Shown here piece after piece: positions 51,960-64,000 of a stretch of DNA of 64,000 bases. The number at the start of each line of letters is the position of its first letter. Position 1 is the stretch's first letter. The notes under the pieces are model-generated. The model made no database searches. It was not told where the DNA came from and was given only the letters and a program-made list of their open reading frames with translations. The translations under genes and the position numbers were made by a program. Source of the DNA: Guillardia theta CCMP2712 (lineage: Eukaryota; Protista; Cryptophyta); contig NW_005434653.1 in the NCBI RefSeq assembly GCF_000315625.1, positions 415,745 to 479,744 on the forward strand. Reading direction: 5' to 3'.

Positions 51960-54900
51960 TGCAGCAGATTTTAGCCGCAGGACGAGCAGCAGCATGAACT
52001 GAAAACGCCCCATGAGCATAACAGGCTCAGGCTCCAACCTGCTCGCTCAGGTGCTGCTCGAGCGCGGGCACAGCTTCTCTCAGGTGCCCTCATCACCCCC
52101 ATGGTGGAGGAGGGGAAGTGACGTGAAGACCTGCAGGAGGCTGGTGTGTCGGACCTTTCGCAGCTGATCTCGAAATGTGAGCTGCTCTGTGAGACCCTGA
52201 GGAGGCAGGAGGGTCACCCACAAGGTCGGCAGATGGGAGATGGAGCGATGGCGCTGACATGTGTCGGCAGGACGGGGGGAGGGGAGGGGAGCGCGAGACG
52301 AGTTTGACAGGTGGCTCGGGCGATGTCAGGACATAGCCCGGAGTGTGCAGGATGAATCGAGGAGGATGCAAGATAGAATGAGCATCGCCGAGCATCAGCG
52401 GCAGGGCAGGCGGTCGTGGCTAGAGGAGAAGAGGAGCAAGCAGCTCAAGACTATGAGCCTTGCTGGGAAAGTTTGGAGCAGGTGGATGGAGACTGCTGCG
52501 CTCTCAAGGGAGGTCAGGATCTTCTCGAGGAGAGAGATCGCGATGGGGAGGTCGGAGCTCCAGACAAGGTGGGTGATGAGGGAGAGGAAGAGAGGGACGA
52601 TGCTGTGGTGGCTTCACGTGGCGAGGACAAAGCGGGAGAGGAGGGAGGAGCTTCTTCGACAGACTCTCTCCCTGAAAGTGAGGGAGTCAAAGACCAAGTG
52701 CTTCTACATCTCAAGGCTCTTCTTTCACGGCTGGACGGAGCTGGTGGTGTCGTGCAAGTACAGCAGGAGGGTTGTGTCTGCTGTGCTGCGGAAGAGGAGG
52801 ATGAATGTGTTGAGGGCTGTGCTCGAGGAGTGGTTGGACCATGTCAACGACGCAGTTGGCTTCTTTGCTGTGAAGAGATTCTTCGATGGGGATGGGAAGC
52901 TGATGAGATGTCGACCTGGTAGGACAACTTCACTCTCCTCGCTGATCTTGACGCCTCCTCGCAGTCGGGCTTCATCTCTCTGACGCGGCGGTGGAGGAGG
53001 CACACGATCGAAGCGCAGGAGGTGAGAAGAGATGCTGCTGCAGCTGCAACGAGGCTGACGAGCTGTGCCAGTCGAGCGCTCTGGCAAGGCAGAGACAAGC
53101 CCGCTGGAGATGTCATGGAGGGCATGCCGGCTGAGTTGGGTAACAGCAAGGGCATGCAAGGAAGCGCCAGTGACGCGTTGCTGCTGCCTTGCAGGCGCTC
53201 ATGTCGCGGAGGTGGGAGGAGAAGATCAGGCTGGTCAAGATGGTAGTGGTGATGTTAGCTGTGTGGCTAGGAGCACCTGCTGGTGACCTGCTGGGGGTTG
53301 ACAGGTGTGCAAGTGGAGCTTCTGCGTGCGGGAGAGGTGAGTGTTTCGAAATCTCTGCAAGCAATTTTCAAATTCTCTGCAGCAAACTTCGGGCCGAGCA
53401 AGAGATTACAGGTACTTGACATCCCTTGCGTTGAACCGACTGATTTCCGTGCTTTTCATCGTCCAGGAGCTGCGGCAGCGTGCTATGCATCCGAGTAGAA
53501 GAGGAGGAGGGAGGAGAGAGGAGGGAGGAGGGAGGAGGGAGGAGAGGCCCGGGAGGAGTAAGAAGGAGCTGCGGAGGAGGGGGGGGGAGTAGAAGGAGGA
53601 TGGGGGAGAAAGAAATGCTCTGATTGGCTTCTCAGTTTGAACGTCAAACACTGCAAGAAGTTGAAGAAGTGCTCTCTTGTTCAACTTGTCGCCCATCGAT
53701 GGTACAGGCAAGAGCAGCGATGAATTCTGAGGCTTTGACTGACTTCTTGTCAGATCGTACTGGACGCAGGCAGCGAGGAGGAGGTGAAGGGGGTGGGAGG
53801 AGGTCACAGACGCCACTGACGCTTGTCGGACTCTCAAGGTGGATCCTGTCTCAGTGTCTCTTGGCCATGAGGAGGCTGGAGAGAGTTCAGAGGTGACGCT
53901 CCTGCCAACATGCTCCCGCACGCGCTCATATCATCCCCCAGGGTCGTCAAGTCCTGCGCTGCTGGCCGACGGGACAGGTCGTACATGCAGAGGAGGTGCG
54001 TGCGATCCCAGGATGACAGCCGGGCAGGAGCATGCGGATGGTGCTGCAGGTGTGGGAGGTGTCGCTAGCGCTGTCCAGGCACGAGAAGGCTTCTGATCAG
54101 TGAGCCCTGCGGCCCTCGGGGCTGGCGCGCGCGGCCCTGACGCTGCCGGCCAGGCTGACCAGCGAGCTGCGAACGGTGAGCTCGAGGCGGGACGAGCTTG
54201 TTGCGGAGAGGGACCAGAGCATCTCGGAGGTGCAAGACGCTTGTCGGGAGCAGGTGGACACTGGAGGCTCCTGCTTGCCCGGCCCCTTGACTTGTGGATC
54301 AGGTCGGCACCCTTGAACATGCTCTCAACTGCAGTGTGAAAGAGAACCAGCAGCTGCTCGAGGAGAACAAGGAAGGACAAGCTGCTGCTGCATGGTTGCC
54401 GCTGACTTGTGGATCAGAGCCTGTTGGAGGATTTGCAGAAGTGGACGGGGAGGATGGTGGAGAGAGGTGAGAAATGGAGGGAGAGCGATATAGAGACAGA
54501 AAAGGAGGAAGAGGAAGAAGAGGAGGAAGATCATGATGACGATGATAGGAACTATGATGATTTGGTAGAGGCATCGATGACCATGATGCTTACGATGACA
54601 ATGACGATGATTGAAATGAGGAGGAGGAGGAGGAGGAAATCAGAAAGAATAAGATGGAAATGATGCAGGTCATCGAGCAATCCAAGAGAATCTGAGTCCG
54701 AGGAAGAAGAAGGTCTGCAAAGAAAACCTCTCCTGCTCTCAGACTGACTTGTGTCAAACAGAGCTTTCGCAGTAAGATGGAGCAGATCATCAATGCAAGT
54801 GACGATGAGAGGTCTTCCTCCTTCCTCCACCCGTCCTCCTTCTTCCTGCCTCCTTCCTGCCTCCTTCCTGCCTCCTTCCTCTCTAGTCGTCATCTCTTCC

Positions 54901-56416
54901 TCCTTCCACCTTCCACCTTCCTCCTTCCTCCTTTTCTAGTCGTCCTCGTCTCTTTCTCCGTCCTCTTGCGTCCTCCTCTCGCTGTCCACTTCTCTATCCT
55001 CTCTGAATCTTTCTTTCTGCCCCTCCTCCCGATCCCTGCTCCTTGTTTTCATCCTACTCTCAGCCATGTTTCCTCGTTTTTTCATCCTCATTGCCTTGTA
55101 ATGCTCCTCTCCTTCCCGTCTGTCCTCTTCCCGTCTTCCTCTTCTCCTCTGTCCTCTCCGAACTTCTTCATCACCATCGTCGTCTCTTCATCACATTTGC
55201 TCACCCTCCCTCCAGGACTTCGTTGCTCATCCACTACCTTCGAGTCTGCTTCGCCCATGAGACTCAAATCGACAAGTTGAAAGCAAAACTCGCGGTTAGG
55301 ACGATAGACCATGTTTGAGTGTGTTGCGACAAACATGTTGACTGTGGTAGCAGACACAGAAAGATGCAACGAAAGAAGAAAACGCAAGCACGAATGTCAC
55401 GAATGCCCAGAAACCGCCCAGGTACAGCGACATTCCATCATCCTCAGTGTTCTTCCTACTTCCCAGCCTTGCCCATCGCTGTTTCACGGACCTCTCTTCC
55501 CTCCCATCCTCTCATCTCATCCCGCAGAGGAAACAAAGAAGCCGTCGGTCAACCTCGCAAGCACAAGGTCTCGACAGTCGCGACATCTGACCTCTAACGG
55601 CTCATCTCAACAGACTGCAAAGGATGTCAACGATCAGCCGAAGGCAAACTTCAAGTTCCGACAAAGACAGCTGGGTATGTTTGCAGTGTTCCAACATGTG
55701 AATCTGAGCGTGAAGATAGACAAAGAGAATTTGAAGCAGAACATGCAGCCTGCAAGAGAGAGGGATGATCTTTGTGACGACCGACCTCTCAACTTCCCGA
55801 ACATATCAACAAGTGGGCTGTACAACTACCTGCTGACAAAGAGAAGAGAAGAGGTCCAAGGAGTCGCTGACGAACAAGCGATACCATGGACGATGCAGCT
55901 GCAACACGCGGACAGTCTAGGAGGAACAGGACAAAATGTGTCCGGTGAAAATCCCTCAATGACGATCATTCGCTCACTCACTTTGCCACCTGAAGTTGTG
56001 AGATCCTCCCACTTCTACCCTGTCCCTCCTGATCTCTACGGAACTCGACAAGTAATGTGCAGACTGATCGCCGAACTTCCACTGATGTCACTCTGCAGCG
56101 GCCGAGGAGCGCGTACGTGATGAGTGAAGGGATGCGAAGACGGTGGATACAGCATGAAAGGCAGGAGACGACTGGTCTCGGCCTTCCAACGGCCGCAGTG
56201 CAGAAGTTGAGGGACAGGAGGCCAGTCGTAGTGAGCAAGCAAGTCAGTGACTATGAGGAAGCATCGGGCGACTGTCGTGAGAACCATTTACTTGGAATGA
56301 GCAGTAGGACTGACTTCATTCCAGGTCCTGAAACTAAAGAATATCATCATCCGATCCCATCGATCCGATTGAATGTGAATGCTGCGTTCGCCATGCTCGC
56401 ACTTAGAAGTTACTGA
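51960..56416 (+). CDS. Large multi-exon coiled-coil protein with Sfi1-like Trp-periodic repeats (boundaries uncertain; possibly more than one gene)
   Basis: Basic helical repeats ending in W (KVWSRWME, RLFFHGWTE, RAVLEEWLD) in ORF 52261-52983; further + strand exon-like ORFs to 56416. Confidence 0.35.
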
Positions 56417-56439
56417 CTCTTGTCTTGCCGGCTGTTCCA

Positions 56440-57700
56440 ACAGAACGAAGAGGCCAACCAAGGATTCATAGATGTCCCTCAAGACATACAAGAGTTCTTC
56501 CAGTCTTGTGCCAGTGAGGCATCGGCGCTCCTCTCTGCTCCAAGTCATCTTGTCGCAGGTTACGATAGAAAAGTTGAACGGGCTATGAGCGGCGAATAAC
56601 AATCGGAATGCATCCATCCTCCGTCTTCGTTCGCTCCTCCCCCTCCTCCTCTCCCCTCTTCCATCCCTCCGCCACATGTACATGTCCACTCCCGCCCTTC
56701 TGCCCCTCTTCCTTGCCCCCTCAGATGCGCAGAGTTCGTCGGATAGCAGGGCTCGAAGGAGACGACTTGGCGCTGCCGCTTGTCGGTGTATCCTGGAGGG
56801 GCCAACGTCAGACGGAGCAGCTGAGAGTGGAGCGGAGCAGCTGGGAGCGGAGCGGAGCGAGCGGAGGGGAAAGGGGCGAGAGGGATTACCGAAGGTGATC
56901 TGTGCTTGGACGAGGGAAGTGCTGTGGACGCGTCAGCAACGTGCTGGGTAAGAGCTGGGGAGGGCTGACCGTCGGATCTAGAGGACATTCTGCGGTAGGG
57001 AGGACCTTTCACGGCTGCTCGCTACCGATCGCGTCATCAGAGCTCTCCCTGGTCAGCCACCTCTTACCAGTTTGTTGGCCAAGTTGCTGTGGCCTTGCAT
57101 GTCCGCTAGCTGCGCGGCTGTGAAGCCTTCGGCGGTCTTGCTGCTCATTGACCGTCACAGAGCAGAAAGCGGAGGCGGCAGACTCACATGGTAGCGTCAG
57201 CACCGTGATGGAGCATGACGTCGACAGCCTCTGCGCTGCCATGATAGCTTGCGACGTGAATGGGCTGGCGATTCGAATGACTGACAGCAGGATGTAGGGA
57301 CTGAGTTACCGCATATCCATCGCCATCAAGGAAATTCAGATAGACAAATCCTCCAAGATGCTCGCCTGCTCGCGATGTAAGAAAGTTGAAACATTTCGGT
57401 AAAATGTCACATAAATGATTTATCCCCTCGGCATAGTCTTGAGCAGCGTACTCATAGACTTTGAGCTTTACAGCATCTTTCTGTGGGATGAGAACAGCAT
57501 TAGCTTGATTCATACACTCAGAAGTGAAAGACAATGCACATCACATGGGACCAAAGCTTCATCTTCTTTGTGATCAGCCTCTCTTGCTCGGTCGTCGTGT
57601 TTGCTCCCCTCACAGGTCGTCTGACATTCTCCTCCATGTGGCAACACTTGTGAAAGATTTCTGTCGTCTGCCATGTCGGCATCCTCCCGTCCTCTCCCGG
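56440..57700 (-). CDS. Ankyrin-repeat protein, multi-exon (approximate)
   Basis: QPIHVASYHGSAEAVDVMLHHGADAT and GFTAAQLADMQGHSNLANKL ankyrin-like segments. Confidence 0.55.
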
Positions 57701-58028
57701 CATGCACGACAAAGCTACCCCCATGCCGCCAAACTTCGGAGTCGGCCTGAGGTACGGTCAAGGCGATGTATCGGGCCTATCGAGGACAGCAAATGTTCAT
57801 CTACTCGATATTTAAAGAAAAAAATTCTCTGACCTTCAACTTTTACTAAAAGATACCTGAGGGGAGCTCATTGTTGTGAATCAAAGTATTCTTCAAAGTT
57901 GGAGTATTGCTTGATATTTTTCATTTATATTTCAAAATTTAAAGATACTATTTGAAAGGAAAAAGTTGAAGTTGAACCCACTTTACCTGAAAGAGCGAAG
58001 GCAGTTTGGTCTTAGGAGGGCCGGTGCT

Positions 58029-60690
58029 ATGGCAGCCCAAGGAAAGCGCCGCGTGACAATGCTGTGTGAAATCGAGGTGAGTGAACGTAACTCGGGTGAT
58101 CTGAGAATGTTTCTGCACATGATCGTCATATCCTTCATCCTCCTTCTCCTCAAGACTGCATTGCGTGAGAAACCTCTGCAGATAGAACGGGTGGAGGCAG
58201 CTCACGTTTCAGACGGCAGCCACATCCTGCTATCCGTCTCGAGAGGTAGTCAGATGCAAGAGACACTTCCGACTTATGGCGATTATGGCAGGAGCTATTG
58301 CTGCTTCCACGACGCCCATGAAGGCGATCGGTACTGCAAACGCTGAAGTCGATGCACGGTAACGGCAGGAGCAGGTGGGATCTGCTATGGGGAGAAGAGA
58401 GCAAGGATGCGATTTGTGGTCAACCTTGACGGGGAACAGGATAGCAAGAAAGACTTCAAGTTGTCGGTGAGCTCAATACCAGTCGTGATCGATCCTATCT
58501 GATTGCTGTTGTTCAGGCGAAACAAGTGCGAGTCAATCGACGTGGCAAGAGTGAAGTAGAGAAATCCCTCGGACACGTTTACTTGAACACAAGTGATCTT
58601 GTCTCTGAATCCACGAGTCGCAATTACAAATGGAAGATTGTTGGGAAGCGATCTCCACCCGATCACTTCGTCCAGGTCCATGCATCGACAAGCGCTAGTT
58701 ATGTCAAGGAGAAGGCAACTCATGGTATCAGTGAAGATTCAGAAATATCTGAAGTGAGCAGCCAAAGTGAGACTGAAGAGACAGGTATCGAACTCAAACT
58801 CATGGCTCCTACAACAGTTCTCACTTTGGGACATGCAGGGGTAACGGAGATCAAAACTTCGACTGATTTCCTTCACAGCTCGCTGACATATCCGTCACCA
58901 AACTCTATGCCTCTTGACTTCGAGACCATGATGAACTCAATGGCTGCTTCGACTCCAGAGCCGACTCCCTACAGCAGAAGCGAGAGCTACCTTGATAGCG
59001 TCTCCCCCCAGAGCCGCTCCGATGACAACAACTCTCCCTTGAACATACATGAGAAGACCTTCAAGAAATATGTACTTGTGCGTGAACTCACTCCAAGCTT
59101 CTGACACCTTCTCATCAGCAACAGAGTTTCAGCAAAACCTGCGAGCGAGCGAAATTTGACATCCTAAACACCGCCAGGTACTTGCTTGTTCCGTTTGCAA
59201 ACTCCCTTGGTGTCTGAAGGTAGAAAAACTACAGCAAACTTCAAATACAAATTAACAGTGGGACGTGCGAGCGATCAACTTCACCTGCGACCGGTTGTGA
59301 CATCGCAAATGCTGGAACAGTAGGGAGTGATCGTTCGGCCTCAAGTATGGATAAGGACGTTTTCAAGCTCATGACAGAGCAATTCAATGAACTTGAGATC
59401 ACTTTGAAACAGATCTCATCGGAACTACTTGATCGTCAGATCAAGCTGCAGAAACATCCTCCGATGTTGTCAGCAAAGGAATCAGCCATCATTGAAAGCG
59501 CAATAGTGCAGGAGCTCAAGGTCGACCTTGTTAGTGCTCGGGGTACTGCCCGGGATTTGGAGCTGGAACTCCGCAGTATTGTAGAGCAACAGTCAGCACG
59601 ACACTTCAGTGCCGCCAATATCGCACAGTTCTTCAAAGAGTTCGAGGTATTCTTCCTTGCCATCGACGTTATCGTGAGGAACCTCCAAGAAACCGTGCTT
59701 GGTTTGTCTTCAAGACAAGTTCTGCAGTCTGAACCGCCTCCTGCCCTGGGGTTGAACAAGACGATTGAGAACAATATCATTGAGAACAAGAAAATAGAAA
59801 AGGACCCGTCACCATCTGAAGACCAATTTTCAAACTTTGACGCGAATCCTTCAGGCCATGTGGAATACATTCTATCAGAAGATAGGAAGGAAGAACAGAG
59901 GACATCTGTGACCTTGATGGAAGAAACCTCTGCCTCCCACAACAGGCCGGACCATGACGTGCAACCTGAGAGGATCAGAGAGCTCGAGAAGGAGGTTGAA
60001 CGATTGAAGAAGCTCTTGGACGTCGAGGCTCAGGTTTCCAAGAGCAGGAGGGACCAGGTGACCAGCAGTTGCTCCTTCAACCCCTCCCCTCTGATCATGC
60101 CCCACAAAGTTGAACGATGCCGTCGACAAGCGTCGGGGGCTTGAAGGAAGCGCGAAGCAGCTGGAGACTGAGCTGGAGGACGCCAGGGACAAGAATGCAG
60201 ACATGCTGAAGCTGATACAGACATTGGTCGATGAGAAACAGGCAGCTCAGCAGCTCTGTTGGGAGAAGGTGATGACATTTACATGACAAATACATTTACA
60301 TGACAGTTACATTACAATCATCCCGATAGTCACCGTGACGACTTTGTGGTAGGTTGAAGATGAGGTCTACCAGTATCACCAAGACATCATACAACAAGTA
60401 CCTCGCCCGTGTTGACCGCTGCTAGCAACTGAGACGTGTGCAGTTGATAGACGCGAGGATGAAGCATGCGGAGGCCTCTACTTTGCTCCTTGAGGTCAAA
60501 CGGCAGAATCATGTATACAGGGGGAAAATGCAAAAGGTGTTGCAGACATGCTGTTTGCTAAAATCAAAAGTTTCTGACATGCTTGCGAACAGATGAAGGA
60601 GAAATTGACGGATTTAGAAGTACAACATTGCAATGTACGAATGATGTTGCTGCAAGGCTGTCCGATCTAATCATGGCTGGTTCCAGGCCA
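58029..60690 (+). CDS. Hypothetical coiled-coil protein, multi-exon (approximate)
   Basis: Long + strand ORFs 58526-59104 and 59347-60144 with heptad character, linked by GT-AG introns. Confidence 0.5.
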
Positions 60691-60789
60691 ACTTGAAACA
60701 TGAAGGGGGGAGGCGATCCTTGAGAAGATTTGGAAAGACAATATTTGGAATGAAGGAATGAAACTCGTCCTCAAAACAGACATCTACAA

Positions 60790-61410
60790 GTCAAACTCCT
60801 TAACCAAGAAAACGTTGTATTGCTACTGGGCGGAGGCTCAATTTCTGCCGGATCCTCCTCAATTACCTTGGCCGATTCCTTACAGAAAATCAGCTAAGGA
60901 AGGAACGAGCACAGAGCACGCTCACACTCGAAATCAGAGGGATTCTCTCTACCGTCTCGGGATTTTCTGCGTTGTGATTGAGCTCAGAAAGCTCTACTTC
61001 ACGCTCTTGCCGGGCAACCTGGACATCTGGACAGCCATCTCTATCAGCAGCTGGAGCTAGGACGCATTCTCCTTACCTTCGTAGCCTCTCTTCGCCTGGG
61101 ATCGGGCAAGGAGCTGGGTCAGAAAGCTCAGGTGCTCGGAGGAATCCTGCAAGATCCCTGATGAATCTTCGACTGGAGGAGGAGCTGCTTTCAAACGAGC
61201 TCGAACCCCTCCCTCGCGCAAGCTGGGCAGAAACTTTAGATGCACTCCCCCTCGCCGTGTTTGCCTACCTTTCATCCCCAGGTTTTGGCGCGGCCTTCTT
61301 CTTTGGGAGAAAATCTTTCAACTGGCCGAAGCTCCCGTCGAGCTTTATGCATTCTGACACACTCGTTCCCTCCGAAGGCTGAACTTCGCTTTCCACATCT
61401 ATCTCCATCT
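60790..61410 (-). CDS. Small hypothetical protein, multi-exon (approximate)
   Basis: Exon-like segments MEIDVESEVQPSEG..KKKAAPKPGDE, SLREGGVRARLK.., AADRDGCP.. bounded by GT-AG. Confidence 0.35.
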
Positions 61411-61925
61411 CCTCCTCATCCGATAAATGATGTTGACTTGGGGCTCACGCTCTTTCGTTGTCAATGTCTCTCATTCTCTTGTCTTGTGCCTCCGAGTGCC
61501 CTTGTTTCCGTTTCCACCCCCCCCCCTGTCCTGTTCTGTCCTGCCCTCTCCAGTCCTCTCCTCTCTCCTATCCTATCCTATCCTATCCTTTCTCGTCTCG
61601 TCTCCTCTCCTCTCCTCTCCTCTCCTCTTCTCCTCCCTCGTCTCCTCTTTCTCCTGCTCAAGTCTCCTTGCAATAAAACAAAAAAAGAAAAAGTGTCTGT
61701 AAAATGTTTATAACGGAAATAACGGATTGTTCGTTGAGCGGTTGAGGGAGGAGATCTGAAGCAAGAGACCAAGAGAGGAGAGAAGAGAGAAGAGACTAGA
61801 GGAAGGAGAGAGAGGGAGGAGAGAGGGAGGAGAGAAGAAGCGAGGAGAGAGAGAGAAGAAAGACGAACAGAGGGATACAATAGTGATGGGAGTACCAGGG
61901 AAGTAGAGCAATCGGTGACTCTATC

Positions 61926-63769
61926 ATGCCTGGGAAGGATGGAGAGAGCGAATCGATCGCAGACAAGTACTTTGTCTGCACAGAATGCCTGGTGGAAGGA
62001 AACGTGCAGAGCTTCGTAGATCTCTTCTACCTTACTCACTCTCAAGACGCCGCCAAGGAGCAGTCGCAGCAGCAGCAGCAGCAGCAGAGCCAACAGCAGG
62101 CATTGAATGAAGAAAGCACAACGAGTTTCGCCACGTATGATGTCTTGCAGTTCCTCAAGAACAAGCTGACGGAGGCGGAGGTGGCACAGCGGGAGGGAGG
62201 ATACGACATCGTCTTCGAGTCGTTCATGGAGACAGCTAGGCACTTCAAGAGCAAGTCGGACCACAAGAGGGTTATCTACTTCCTCACAAAGTGCCTTGAG
62301 GTCGCCAGGCTGTCACAGGATGTTGCGAGGGAGGCAGAGGCGAACGAGATGCTGGGGCTGACCAAGGAGGAGATGGGGCAGCTCAAGGAGGCGATACAGT
62401 ACCACGAGGCGCACAGGGACCTTGTCTCTTCCTACGGGAGGGAGATGACCGACCAGGCAGGGCACAACCTGATCCGAGCATACCGGCGGCTGGCGGAGGA
62501 GCTGCAGAAGCAGGGGGATGTCGAAGGTTCCATCATGTACTTCCAGAAGAGCCTCAAGTCTGCCATAGACATCAACGACCAGGAGGAGGAGGGGAAGTCG
62601 TACCGGCTGCTGGGATCGGCGTACCTGCTGCTGCAGGATTACGAGCTGTCGGCGTCCAACTTCCACAAGTTCCTGAGCATCTGCCAGGAGACGCAGGACA
62701 GAGTGTCGGAGGGGCTCGCATGCTCGCACCTGGCGACCGCGTACGAGGCGAAGGGGGACAGAGCGTCGTCGATCAAGTTCCTGGAGGAGTATTACGAGAT
62801 TGCACTGTCGACCGGGGAGCTGAACTCGCAGCGAGAGGCTTGCGGAAGGTGGGAGGAGGGTGAGGGTGCAGGGAGGAGGAGAAGATGGAGGGCGAAAGAG
62901 GAATGGAGAAGGAGGGGCAAGGTGGGGGGCAAGGGGAGAGAAGGGGAACGGGCAGGGGGAGGGGGGAGGGAAGGACGGGTTTCAGAAAGGAGGGGAGGGG
63001 AAGGTTGGGAGGGGAGGAGGGAGGAGAATGGGGGGGAGAGGAAGAGAGGGGAATCGATTTGACAGCACATGACAAGGTTGGGGATTATCTTCAATGCGGC
63101 CGCAGACTTCAATCGGTCGGTGGAGTATTTCACGAAAGCGTTTGAAAGTGAGAGGAGAGGAGGAGAAGCCGTAGCTGTAAATTGACGCTCCTTCTGCTCA
63201 GTCTCGCGCTCCCTTGGGGATAAAAAGGCCATCGACGTTGATAGGTATATCCCCGCTATATACCCGCTCTCCCTTGCTCTGGGTTCTTCTGCTCCTTATT
63301 CCCTTCCCTGCATCTCCTCCCCCCCCCTTACGTCTTCTTTCCTCTTTCATTCAGCCTTGTTAGTTGTCTTGAACTGCTACCTCGCGCGATAGCTAGTTCT
63401 CTTCTTCCTCTCTCCCCCGTACTGTTCTCCCCTTGCCAGCTCTCGTCCTTGTCTGCTTCCTCAGTTTCGTGCAGAGTCAACCTGGGCATAGCACGAGGAT
63501 GCGCGAAGCAGAAAGACTACATCAGGGTGAGAGGAGGAAGAGGGAAAGTTGGGTGAAGAGGAGGAGGAGGAGGAGGAGGAGGAGGAGGAGGAGGAGGAGG
63601 AGGAGGAGCTTGAAGGAGATCAGGAGGAGGAGGGGAGGACGGTTGAGGGAGAAGAGAGGGGGGAGCAGAGGAGGTGAAGGTGGTTTGACCTGTACCTCAG
63701 GTTGTCAACTCAGAGTTCACCTCCCTTATGAGCTGGAAAAGTCGCCGGATCCCCTTCGAGCGAGAGTGA
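61926..63769 (+). CDS. TTC29: Tetratricopeptide repeat protein 29-like (flagellar/axonemal TPR protein)
   Basis: VCTECLVEGNVQSFVDLFYL, LTEAEVAQREG, multiple TPRs, C-terminal LMSWKSRR; layout as recalled for TTC29. Confidence 0.75.
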
Positions 63770-64000
63770 GCGAGGAAGGAGGGGAGGAGATGAGAGCGGG
63801 AGAGAAGAGAGAGTGGACAAGGGAGAAGAGGAAAGGGAGAGAGGAGGGAGAGGAGGTGAGAAAAGAGAGGAGGAGAACTTTGGGGATGTGGGTTTTCTTT
63901 TCTGTGGGCTAACTTAATCCTTTCAATCTACACGAGAAAGTATCTACCTCCACCCTCCTTTCCATGCCACTACCCCTCCTCCCGCTCCTCATGCGCGAAG

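Overview
Gene-dense eukaryotic nuclear DNA with many short (about 45-70 bp) GT-AG introns, purine/pyrimidine microsatellite-filled introns, GC-rich palindromic intergenic islands and one 100-N gap. The overall style suggests a cryptophyte alga such as Guillardia theta (inference, not verified). Recognisable genes, left to right: MAP2K-type kinase (3' exon), small membrane protein, FHA + parvulin (Pin1-like) PPIase, 43-aa tandem-repeat protein, Sec61-beta, IQ/WW protein, anoctamin, BTB-BACK-WD40 protein, sigma-like GST, secreted GT25-like glycosyltransferase, three small RWP-RK transcription factors, YigZ/IMPACT protein, TPR protein, a head-to-head pair of voltage-sensing phosphatases, Sfi1-like protein, ankyrin protein, hypothetical genes and TTC29. 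The standout is the divergent pair of large voltage-sensing phosphoinositide phosphatases with the architecture C2 - voltage sensor - PTEN-type phosphatase (HCKGGKGRTG) - PTEN-C2 - cNMP-like - GRAM - cNMP-like - PH. Their S4-to-catalytic core (about 760 bp) is almost identical in inverted orientation while the accessory domains have diverged. All gene models were spliced by eye; no database searches were run.
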